From assembly GCA_950097015.1 (NCBI GenBank), contig CATNEN010000010.1, forward strand, positions 2,666,001-2,730,000: DNA of 64,000 bases, given 5' to 3'. The notes beneath the pieces were generated by a model, which was not told the DNA's origin, ran no database searches, and worked only from the letters and a program-made list of their open reading frames with translations. Below are positions 22,401 to 31,499 of this stretch, one piece after another. A program made the position numbers and the translations under genes. Numbering within the stretch: the first letter of the stretch is position 1; each line of letters opens with the position of its first letter. The stretch is from Macrostomum hystrix (taxonomy: Eukaryota > Animalia > Platyhelminthes).

Positions 22401-22699
22401 CCAGCTGCCGCTGGAGGTGGAGCTGCTGCCGCGCGCTGCTCCGCTGCCGCTGGAGTTGGCGCTCCATCCGTGCGCCCAGCTGCCGCTGGAGGTGGAGCTG
22501 CTGCCGCGCGCTGCTCCGCTGCCGCTGGAGTTGGCGCTCCATCCGTGCGCCCAGCTGCCGCTGGAGGTGGAGCTGCTGCCGCGCGCTGCTCCGCTGCCGC
22601 TGGAGTTGGCGCTCCATCCGTGCGCTCAGCTGCTGCTGGAGGTGAAGCTCCTGCCGCGCGCTGCTGCTCTGGAAGGAAAATTTTGGAAATAATTGGATC
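19421..22699 (-). CDS. MULE/NOF-like transposase fused to Ulp1 (peptidase C48) and a PHD-like finger; main exon (the ORF track start is TTG, so the true start is probably in an upstream exon)
   Basis: DDE-type motifs LHLDATGG, VTDFSWAL, CTNH, SNAFVESYF; Ulp1 triad NYHYFLV / LLDPM / QKDSYNCG; C-terminal CKVC..WIQCDLCDAWIHSRC..SCC; splice acceptor ttttgcactataag|GAT at 22700/22699. Confidence 0.88.
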   Translation of the reverse strand, partial: DPIISKIFLPEQQRAAGASPPAAAERTDGAPTPAAAEQRAAAAPPPAAAGRTDGAPTPAAAEQRAAAAPPPAAAGRTDGAPTPAAAEQRAAAAPPPAAAGRTDGAPTPAAAEQRAAAAPPPAAAGRTDGAPTPAAAEQPLSDEGSFQVSDPTSDNQSISKDSDHQLKFNISISGKEWFDGARFHKAKTYVFTKDSSMWWMSTLRKLLASIEDHEVSGCILKFKNRYINDPSVSMRAKKYFIRQLAQCQHSTCNKKFEFILKALPRTANVDVTLSVSTQGQKRHDFPTLSKVTAVEAEKFKELLKEKSPAELYDELLASMTEKEIDENDFSRVKSLPAIRRINAKLEVKEEGRVHKNVIKELHIMQKIMRNTDIESKSIKGFIQSFEFDPFLITLYSEKQLNLLADRPGCVLHLDATGGVHRIIEHVKKPCLIYSLLLPSKSGNTRSIPIAEMVSTIQTTPKISNFLFSVRCDLARLIGRNSVMRRECLPGIIVTDFSWALLHSVCHAFGSELESYLNEAYNAVKTNTLVDHPIPFVCTNHVIKAFIRGLGEIPQAKNTDKSMKEILVSAFVYLIHQETFAGFESTINLIIEEFTSDQNLKKLRERLKQWDTSVSHVLESESDRTPSDVEDESLSEDEKKITQERKKADRKTIRNCSPFMKHFSYLLKSVRSPAEHVIAPELLEYLIKHWLPLAPLFAMFICEIKSFEKIDSWYSNAFVESYFRELKKNKATRSSRLKICAFTEQQFQYVLRRVKGFSILADKRAPKLSSQRNEESAQEAKEQWGRKPTRQRTKYKRPSSPILKPETTKKKSRHVKPPQNEPESRGKPKESFIWKTTTNDVIVDFDKESLQPNAWVSLGSVNAFVNILCESNPRSHIRLLKCSFFEQLLRDDSAAAAQSLLDCADSTATKILCPVLLNYHYFLVYVNLQTKEFSLLDPMVQNESRRTNQYLEAWQKFAGSQEIQNIMPSAYGQYKKRSFLHSMQKDSYNCGVFVCLFAKMLIIGSAAGFSNLMIPTSQRFFNAARNYIWKTIESNCQKLSMESDTCKVCKGSTRSETFWIQCDLCDAWIHSRCAESELLIRHQSGAFVSCCTN
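22287..22670 (-). repeat. In-frame 75-bp (25-aa) coding repeat, ~5 copies
   Basis: RTDGAPTPAAAEQRAAAAPPPAAAG repeated; DNA period 75 (ccatccg ending at 22320 and 22395). Confidence 0.95.
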
Positions 22700-23278
22700 C
22701 TTATAGTGCAAAATAATAAAGTAGGCTTAGAGCCCCAAAATCATGTGATAATTAAAGCAGCAATGTATTCAGATAAATTTATGTTCTGATGAGCTGATAG
22801 CCAACTTGTAGTTTTCTCGTGGTGTTCACGTCAGTTTACTTTGTCTGACATTGGTGCCATTCTACAGTATACTTTTAAGTAGAAAGTGATCCCAACCCAT
22901 TACAGTTAAAGAGAAAATTTTAATGTCGATTGCCTGTTCGACTAATAGTAATAATAGTGATTACGATAACGTTCTACACCTGGCCCCTATGCGAGATTTG
23001 CAACCGACAGCACAGCTGCAGATTACGCGACGCATCTAATGACTGTTGTTCAGTCCAAAGATTTGTGGGTGGCAACCCTTCATACTCGTACTCATTTTAC
23101 AGCTGATTGTACTGAAGCAATAAGGAGTTAGTGACACATTCTATGGGATCGCAACAATCTTGAGTCATTCTTTTCATTTAGGCCACATGTGTTTTGACTC
23201 CCCTGGATGTGACCGTCATTCACAAGCAGTACATATGCATGCACGTACATGAAAGGCAATCAGCAAAGCCAAACTTAC

Positions 23279-23620
23279 CTCTAGCGTGACGCCGATAGTA
23301 TTCGTAGACAGTCTTGCGATTCAAAAGGGAGTTTTTGAAATCAAGTTTCAGAACGATCTGACCCCATATGGATTTAGGATCGTGGTAGGAAGAGGAGCAA
23401 AGCTCCGATTCTTCATATTCACCAAAAATAAGCGGTGATAGATGTACAGTGCTAAGTTTTCCTCGTTTAAAAGCAATGCAGGAGGTAAAGAGAAGCGATA
23501 CAACAAAAATTCGAAGCATGGCGTTCCAAGTGAGGTTCCTTATTGATAATATTTTATGACACTGCGCGGAGTATTGAGTTCCTTTATACGAGCGTATTTG
23601 CCCTGCTCGAAAACCCCCAC
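23279..23620 (-). CDS. Probable upstream exon of the MULE transposase (putative DNA-binding N-terminus); start uncertain
   Basis: Open frame ...DPKSIWGQIVLKLDFKNSLLNRKTVYEYYRRHAR ends at a perfect donor AG|GTAAGT (23279/23278). Its phase (1) does not match the main-exon acceptor (0), so an intermediate exon is implied. Confidence 0.5.
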
Positions 23621-23968
23621 TCCTCACCATAGCCAGTGAAATTGAAGGCCAACAATCATCCAATTAAAAGGGAGTAAATTACGAAGGTCAGGTACAGTAA
23701 GCTGTCAGAAAATTAAAACCATTTAAGACTTAACAATAGCATTAGGAAGGCACGCTCGTAATACACTGGGATAAGAATACAGCGCCAGTGGAGTTTAAAG
23801 AGACTAAACCTAACAATTAAAAGCAAATCCTGCACAACAATGGACGAGGAGTAAGCAACGTGGAGGCTTAAAAAAGGATGCATGTTCACTGTTCAATTAA
23901 GATATGCCGCCAAAGAAACTATAAAATTGGCTAATTCGCGCATATCTGAATTTGCCACAAGGCCATAC

Positions 23969-24803
23969 GGCTGGGGTGGGGAGACGCACTTTAAGGGTCC
24001 ACTGCTCCGGCGCTGGATGCTGTAGGAAGCTGAAATTGCACGTGCTTCATCTACAGCCATGGCAATTGATGCTCTGATGGTTATTAGTTGCCCCTGACCA
24101 GTCATGCTGGCGCAATAAGGGTCCTCATGACCTTAGTAACAGAGGCTTCTATGGCTGGGGTGGGGAGACGCACTTTAAGGGTCCACTGCTCCGGCGCTGG
24201 ATGCTGTAGGAAGCTGAAATTGCACGTGCTTCATCTACAGCCATGGCAATTGATGCTCTGATGGTTATTAGTTGCCCCTGACCAGTCATGCTGGCGCAAT
24301 AAGGGTCCTCATGACCTTAGTAACAGAGGCTTCTATGGCTGGGGTGGGGAGACGCACTTTAAGGGTCCACTGCTCCGGCGCTGGATGCTGTAGGAAGCTG
24401 AAATTGCACGTGCTTCATCTACAGCCATGGCAATTGATGCTCTGATGGTTATTAGTTGCCCCTGACCAGTCATGCTGGCGCAATAAGGGTCCTCATGACC
24501 TTAGTAACAGAGGCTTCTATGGCTGGGGTGGGGAGACGCACTTTAAGGGTCCACTGCTCCGGCGCTGGATGCTGTAGGAAGCTGAAATTGCACGTGCTTC
24601 ATCTACAGCCATGGCAATTGATGCTCTGATGGTTATTAGTTGCCCCTGACCAGTCATGCTGGCGCAATAAGGGTCCTCATGACCTTAGTAACAGAGGCTT
24701 CTATGGCTGGGGTGGGGAGACGCACTTTAAGGGTCCACTGCTCCGGCGCTGGATGCTGTAGGAAGCTGAAATTGCACGTGCTTCATCTACAGCCATGGCA
24801 ATT
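23969..24803 (-). repeat. 184-bp tandem array (~4.5 units) in the right TIR
   Basis: Reverse complement of the 17844-18496 unit. Confidence 0.95.
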
Positions 24804-25589
24804 AATATTTTTCGATGTTACGACCATTTGTTTTAAACTTTTATTTTTTCCGGTACTGGTACTGTTACTGGTACTGGAAAATAGGACGTTTGGCAACAGT
24901 CATTTTGGATTTTTGGCAACAAGTCATTTTGACGAATTGACTTCAGCGACAAGTTTTGATCCCTTAGGCGACAATTAATTACAGGCAAAAATTATACCCG
25001 ACTCGATCATAAAGCAACTTTGATAAAATATTTGCTTTTTATATTTTGCGTTAAAAAATAAAAATTTTATGTTAAAACTATTTGCATAGTTGATCATGCT
25101 CAAAGTTTCAGAAAGCACTAGGCCTAGTTGTGTTAGAGTTAGTTAGATCATGCTAGTTAGAGTTAGAATTAAGGTCCATTAAGACAACTACAAACCTCTA
25201 GGAGCGAGCATGTTGACCATTCACCTGATTCATGCTCTGCCCACAGCTTGAAGTAGGTGGCCTGACATAGATGGTACTTTGTCTGCTGAAGCTAGCAAAG
25301 TATTCCTTCTGTTATTAGATGCATGTTGACGCTGACCATGCATCCCTCATCAAAGAGGAGCTTGATCAGAAGGTAGAGCTGCAACTGTCTGCATTAAGCG
25401 CAACTGTTCAGCATCAGATGATAGCCTTCGAGATCAATGTTTAATTGAGTGGCCTGACCAAATACAGAAATCTCATCAGGCAAGTAGATCGTGCTGCTGA
25501 TCCACGTGCTCTAAAATTAAGCAGAGAGAAATTTATTCTATAAGTCTCAACTTGCACATTAGGTCCTACAAATTGCAAATACCTACATG

Positions 25590-26870
25590 TAATCAAACAG
25601 TGCAAAAATCTGGCAAGGTGCAGAGGCAGTTAATGTTGCTCGGAGTTCAAAGAACAATGGAGCGATTTCGGCACCTATAATGTATTGTTATAATACAAAA
25701 TTCATACCCATTTTAAAGTACAATTATCGCCGATAATTAAATGGTCAGCAAGTGATCATTTTTTGCCTAAGTGATCAAAACTTGTTGGCAAAATGACTGT
25801 CCCTGAAGTGATTTGTCGCCCAAGTGATCATAACCCAACAGTAGGGGGCCTATCAGCCAATATCCTGAAAATTTTTGTCTCACATTTTTGCATTCAGTTT
25901 CTTTGAAAGAAATGAACTAATTGTTTTTCAATCTATGTTAGGAAATTATGCTAGAAAGAGCCTAAAACCAATCCCCCCAAAAAATCTTGGCTATACCCCT
26001 GGTTACTAGGCCTTTGTCTAGCTAATTTCATTAGGTAAATAGGGATTTTGCTAATAAAGCAACAAATTTCAAGGTATATTTGCTTCTTTGAATATGTTTT
26101 AAACAATTTGTGCATAGAAAAATGCCATTCGTTTTTTTAAACTATGCATGGTTGGTCCTTGAAGCCAAAGGTAATAGTGAGCAAGCAAGTAAATTCTAAT
26201 TTTTTTCATATTGTTAATAGAAATTTGTTTTCACTTTTTAGTGATTCTTTTTTAATAAAACATAGTAGATGATGCATTTGCAAGTCATGAAAAATTGACT
26301 CACCATTCAAGAGAGTAATGCCCACTGTGGTCAGCAACAAGTGGAATGACTCAAAAACTGATATACTGACTCACATGTAGACAATTTTCGATTGCATTGG
26401 CAAATCCCGACTGTCCAAGCATTTGATGAACTGGGTAATAGGCAATGGCTTGCTTCTAGTTTCCTGAAACTCCTAGCAAAACAACGACAATGGCTTCTGT
26501 GATAGGCTTCAAAAGTTGCTGAGCCTCTTTAATGGAGCTTCTTGAGTCAAGGTGGATAACTTCATCTTTGTGTTGATCATAGCCAATGCTAGGTGAAAGG
26601 CTTATTCCATCTAAACATAGGGTAGCTATTCACTGATGTTCCAGGCCTGCAGCAAGCTTCTGCTTCAGCAGCATAAGTGTCATTGAGCAGACAAAGATTT
26701 GTCTAAAAACTGATGTTTGGCGCTTAAGTGCAGACTCTGAAGGAAGTGGTAGCTGCCAATCCTTTCTGAGCATCTTGTTTGCAGCTAGGCTTTTATGGTG
26801 GAGCCTTATTGAAGCAGTGAGGTTATCCTTCAACCATCTCATGCCACAAGCTGCAGTGAAGTGAAGCTTC
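25590..26870 (-). pseudogene. Degenerate P-element/THAP9-family transposase fragments
   Basis: Minus-strand translations IRLHHKSLAANKMLRKDWQLPLPSESALKR, TLCLDGISLSPSIGYDQHKDEV, AIVVVLLGVSGN*KQAIAYY, LVADHSGH and QIFALFDYM follow the order of P transposase motifs (LPLPS..TL; first catalytic D; W-K-Q-P; second D; D..H). Stops and frameshifts are present. Confidence 0.65.
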
Positions 26871-26872
26871 AT

Positions 26873-27122
26873 CATACATGCGCAACACCCGGCCGACCCG
26901 GCTGAACCGGCCGGGTGAAACAAGGGCCAAGCAAGGTAAGTCGCAAAAACCAACCGACCAAGCGCAAAAAAATCAAAGGGGGACCAAGGGACAAAAAAGG
27001 AAGGCGTGAAGAAAAGGAAAAAAGGGAGAGAAAAAGAGAGCAAATGAGAGCAAACTAAGTCGTAAATACAGCAAAAACTAAGTCGCACGGCCGGCTAAGA
27101 TTTGGGAGGTTGCGCATGTATG
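26873..27122. mobile_element. hAT-type MITE, copy 1
   Basis: 14-bp TIR CATACATGCGCAAC / GTTGCGCATGTATG; perfect 8-bp TSD AGCTTCAT. Confidence 0.92.
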
Positions 27123-27538
27123 AGCTTCATGCTGTTTGTGGCCATATGACGCATCACACTACTTTAGAATATAATTGTGTTGTGTCCCAACTTGGACCAG
27201 ACAGCCTTACCCCACACTCTGAACAAGCAGGGAGGCTTAGCACTTCACTCCTGCTGACAACCAGAATTGCACAAATGCATAGGCTCTGGAGACTAAATGC
27301 CCTGATTCTGAACCCCACTGGAAAAAAGGATCTTGCCTTAAATTGCTGATGTGGCTGCTGGTTGCTGTCACTCTGCAGGCTTCAATTTTTTATTTATTAT
27401 GATTGTGCTCACTTAATTGTATGCTGCCCAACCACATGTCTACCTAGCCACAAGGGTGACAGCAAAGCCAACTAATAAATGTTAGGTCCAAGCACAGGGC
27501 ACTGGGGATGGGTAGCATGGTGGCTTAAGTGCCAGGGT

Positions 27539-27678
27539 CTTTTGAAATTGAACATCAAAACACAGCAAGAGAAAGACAGAGAGGGACAGGGTTGGCAGCC
27601 AATCAGTGTGGATGCAGGTGAGAAGGTGGTTGGGGGGTTGAGGTCTATAGTGCAGACATGGGGTAGAAAAAAGTAGGA
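27539..27678 (-). repeat. Uninterrupted inverted copy of the repeat targeted by the Gypsy element
   Basis: Reverse complement reads ...ttctaccccatgtctgcactatagacc..., i.e. the empty site with a single CCCA. Confidence 0.85.
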
Positions 27679-28865
27679 GAGAGAGCCAGGGTAATGGACA
27701 ACTTAAATCAGAACAATTGCCTTGGCCTTGCTAAGTTGCTGCTGTATGCGCCTGCTGGTCGCTCATTGTTTATTCATGCACTGACATTCTTTTTAGCTCC
27801 AGCAAATTCAGATTTTTATGCCAAGAGATAATTGCAGCTTCTGCAGCACACTGATTTCTAAACTGCAGCTGGTGGTGATAGACATAAATGAGGCATAGCT
27901 ATGCCACTGGATCTTTGTCCCAGCACTCAAGCTCAGGTGGGTAGATATTTTCAGCTTCTTCCTTGATTCTAACTACCACTTGTTCAGTGTCATAGCGAGT
28001 TAAGCAAGGCATTGTTATTTCTAGGTCTGTAAGGGTGGTTAAGAATGGTTAAGAAAATAGATATAAAGCTAAGAATATTGCCATACAGCTAGACAGTTTT
28101 TCAGAAGCTTGCAGTGTAAATGTGCTTGCAGTTCTCTAGTCCTCTTTACTAAGCAAATCTTTATTGGGTAAGGCATAAGCAGACCCCTTCTCTAGGAAGG
28201 GATGAAATTATCAATCAAGCAACACCCAAATCTAGTGTGTGTGCATTGTGAGGTAGAGAGAAGGTTTGGGGCCTTGGCCGATAAACTATAGGCCTTCCCC
28301 CACCCGCTTATGTCTAACTTTATAACCCACTTTATTTGCTGCTCTCTCATTGGCTGAGCTAGATCGAGCCTTTGCCCCTACCCCAGGCTAAGTTTTGTCC
28401 ATCTTAAGTTCAATATTGTACATTGATTTAAATGTTGCTTTCCATTAGTAGACACTCCACTTTGACTTTAAATGCAAGTGACATATCTAGTTATTCTACT
28501 ATCTATGGTAAATACTAACAAAAAAGTATAGGACCAAGACTGCCATCAGGTGGGTGGGGGGAACTTACTGATAATCTACTATTTGATTGCTTGGTGGGTT
28601 GAAGACTAGATTGTCTGGGGTCTTGAAAAATGGTGGTTTGTAGGCAATCATATCATTTTTTCAATAATAAATTTAAAGACTCAAATCTACTCTAAGGTTC
28701 TTAAGACATTAAGTCCTTACCTGTAACTAAAAATTTCCTTTTCTGCTATGTAATTAGCTTTTTTCAAAAAAATTATTAATGCAACTATAATAAACCTATA
28801 AAGAGGTTCTATTTTGGTCCAAAATCATATTATTATTAAATGTTTTTAATTAGCTAAATGAATTT

Positions 28866-28906
28866 TAATGTAAATGTAAATGTTGTAAATGTAAATGTAA
28901 ATGTAA
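28866..28906. repeat. (TAAATG)n microsatellite
   Basis: taatgtaaatgtaaatgttgtaaatgtaaatgtaaatgtaa. Confidence 0.8.
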
Positions 28907-28939
28907 AAATTTCTGAGGCACGAAGTATATCTGTGATGC

Positions 28940-29221
28940 CATACATGCGCAACACCCGGCCGACCCGGCCGAACCGGCCGGGTGAAACAAGGGCCAAGCA
29001 AGGTAAGTCGCAAAAACCAATAGACCAAGCGCAAAAAAAATCAAAGGGGGGACCAAGGGACAAAAAAGGAAGGCGTGAAGAAAAGGAAAAAGGGGAGAGA
29101 AAAAGAGAGCAAATGAGAGCAAACTAAGTCGTAAATAGAGCAATGAAATGAACTAAGTCGCAAATGAGAGCAAAAACTAAGTCGCACGGCCGGCTAAGAT
29201 TTGGGAGGTTGCACATGTATG
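28940..29221. mobile_element. hAT-type MITE, copy 2 (same family as 26873)
   Basis: Same TIRs (one mismatch) and body; different perfect 8-bp TSD TGTGATGC. Confidence 0.92.
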
Positions 29222-30624
29222 TGTGATGCAATAGCCTAGCCTATCAGCAAACCCTTGTTCTCTCTCCTTCAGAATGCCAAAGAAAATATCTCCCAATAAT
29301 GGCTAATTAGAAAGGAAGAATTACAGTGACCTCTCATACATTGCTTAGGGCCAATCAGAGTGGTAGTCTTTGGCAGTCTTGGACCATCACAATTAAAAAA
29401 AGCTTATCTTACCTATTAAAGTTGGGCCCCACAAGCTATTTAAGTATTAAAATTCAGCTTTATAAAAAAATTGGGCATAACCAAAATATTCATTTTTATA
29501 TATACTTGGTCACCTTTGTGACCATTACTTTACAACGTGAGGCATAGATTCATAGAATATAGAACTATAAACTAATTCTGATTAATAAAGTTGTTGATGC
29601 CAATGCATTTGAAAAGCTAATGATTAACAAGCCACCTCAACAGTTAGTATGTCTTTACAATTTTTAAAGCATTATTTATTTTAAAATATCATGACTTTTT
29701 GCTTTTAATTAAATTAAACATTTTTGACATAAATTTTCCACCATTAGCTCTCATCTTGTTTGCTGTTCAGAAGCTTCTTGTTTGTTTAGATAAGCAATTG
29801 CTTGATTCTCACTTAATAATTTGCTGCCCGCAGTATTAATTAGTTGCTAATATCTAAGTTTGTACTTTATATCATTGGCTATAGATATATATGCCATAGT
29901 TGTCCTTAGTTCCTAGAAAATCTTTACTATGTACTGCATCAGCAGCACTACAAAAAGTAGTCATAATATATAATTAGCTTAATTTAAATATAATTTTATG
30001 CTAGATTCATCATTGAATTGATTTTCATGTCTATTATTATTTGTGCATTTGTTCAAGAAATTTACAATAAGAAAAACAAAAAATAGCAAAATAAGTGACT
30101 AAGGTCGTTAATTTGTCAGCTATATCTTGTGCTTCACGGCTGCCAGAGAGTTAGTTGCACTTGTGCCATGAGTTGTTGATAGCGGCTGTAATGTTTAAGA
30201 CTGCAAGGCTTCAGCCTTGATCATACAACAGAAAATGCTCAATTCAGAGCCCCTAGCTAACCATGGTTGAAAAATTTGCCTAGGCAGATACAGTCCTCTT
30301 AGGAAATTCAAGAATGTCAGCAAGTTGAGGAATGGTGCCTCAGTCATCTGCCTTTAACAAAAAATCTATTTTCTGCTTCAGTGTCTTGACAGTAGGTGAC
30401 TGTCGTCCTGAGCATCCTAAGCCTGTCTGTCTCTAGAGCACTCGATCTAACCATATTAATGAACTGTTGAAATTCGCACAAATAGGCAAATAAGCTACGC
30501 TGGCATATATTGACTTAATACATATTTTAGGTTCTTTCATAGGTTAATAGGTTAATACATATTTCGTAGAACTTTTATCGTGAGTTTGGCCACAGACAGT
30601 TGCACATCAACTAAAGTAAAATGA

Positions 30625-30943
30625 GGTTGAGGTGAAAATGAGGTTGTAGCCTAGTGGTTAGGGCGTCGGACTCACGACTTGAAGGTCGGGGGTTCGATTC
30701 CCGTCTCCACTGGAACAATTTGTGTCCTTTAGCAAGACACTTAACTCTGCATTGCTTCAGCTCACCCAGCTGTTAAATGGGTACCAGCATTAGCTGGGAT
30801 AATTGAAGGTGGGTGTGGCGTCCCCCCAGTCCATGGACTGAACAGCCGTACGCAGCCTTCAGATGCGCCGCGCAATAGCTGCGGCTGTGCTGTCGGCTGC
30901 ACATCTGACCCGATTGGGGCAGGTGTAATCAATTATCAATTAT
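30625..30943 (+). mobile_element. tRNA-derived SINE family B with a CORE-like domain
   Basis: tRNA-like head (TAGCCTAGTGG A-box, GGTTCGATTCC B-box); then TGTGTCCTTTAGCAAGACACTTAAC...CAGCTGTTAAATGGG resembling the MIR/CORE segment; short (AATTATC) tail; 13-bp TSD TAAAGTAAAATGA (30612-30624, 30944-30956). Confidence 0.85.
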
Positions 30944-31457
30944 TAAAGTAAAATGAAGAGCAGATGAAAAATAAAGAAATTGGTCTACTTTTTACCTAAA
31001 CACGCAAATACTTTTGGATCTGAAAAAATAGACTTAAAATTTTGTCTGATAAATGCTATTCAGGTGACAATTAATAACAGCACAACTTAACGCAAAAGTA
31101 CATTTCCGAGAGAACTTTTAGAAAACCCAATTGCTAGTCCTGTACAACCAGTTTTACACTGTTAGCATAGGAATGAAATATGAGCTTATGAAATCTTCTA
31201 TTCTTTTTATGCACTCAAACTACACTCGAGCTACATAGATTTTTCTAAATATTTCTAGGTTTTTGGACCATTATGACAAAGGAGCCTGACTTAGAAGCCC
31301 GTTGCAATGAAACTATCATGGTAAGATTTGCTTTATTGATCATGCTGGCCTTACGAGTATTTCTGTGGAGGTTTTACTGCAAACGGGTTAGTATAGCACC
31401 GTCTAAAGGATCCAATCCAGCGCAATTCAGCTATAGTTAATTTACATAGTTTTAGGT

Positions 31458-31466
31458 TATAAAAGG
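31458..31466 (+). promoter_or_regulatory. Candidate TATA box for the PIAS-like gene
   Basis: TATAAAAGG ~40 bp upstream of the ATG. A splice acceptor TTTCAG|GACATG is an alternative reading of this region. Confidence 0.4.
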
Positions 31467-31499
31467 CCCAAGTCTTCCCCACCCGATTGGTTTCAGGAC

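Larger units (their letters stand above)
17759..24889 (-). mobile_element. Foldback-type Mutator (MULE/NOF-like) DNA transposon, ~7.1 kb
   Basis: Long inverted termini (17759-18496 / 23969-24889) built from an ~85-bp outer segment plus 184-bp tandem units; internal transposase ORF. Confidence 0.9.

Noticed and set aside
17844-24803. CRISPR-like arrays (also the 16-, 27-, 29- and 40-bp arrays)
   Set aside because: Head-to-tail repeats without unique spacers, no cas genes, eukaryotic context.
26630-29143. ORFs sharing FATYLAWPLFHPAGSAG
   Set aside because: Translations of the two hAT MITE copies. Only the part of 26630-27088 beyond the MITE reflects P-transposase remnants.
30642-30712. tRNA gene (Val-CAC-like cloverleaf)
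   Set aside because: Weak acceptor and anticodon stems, and it continues into a SINE body, tail and TSD, so it is a SINE head.
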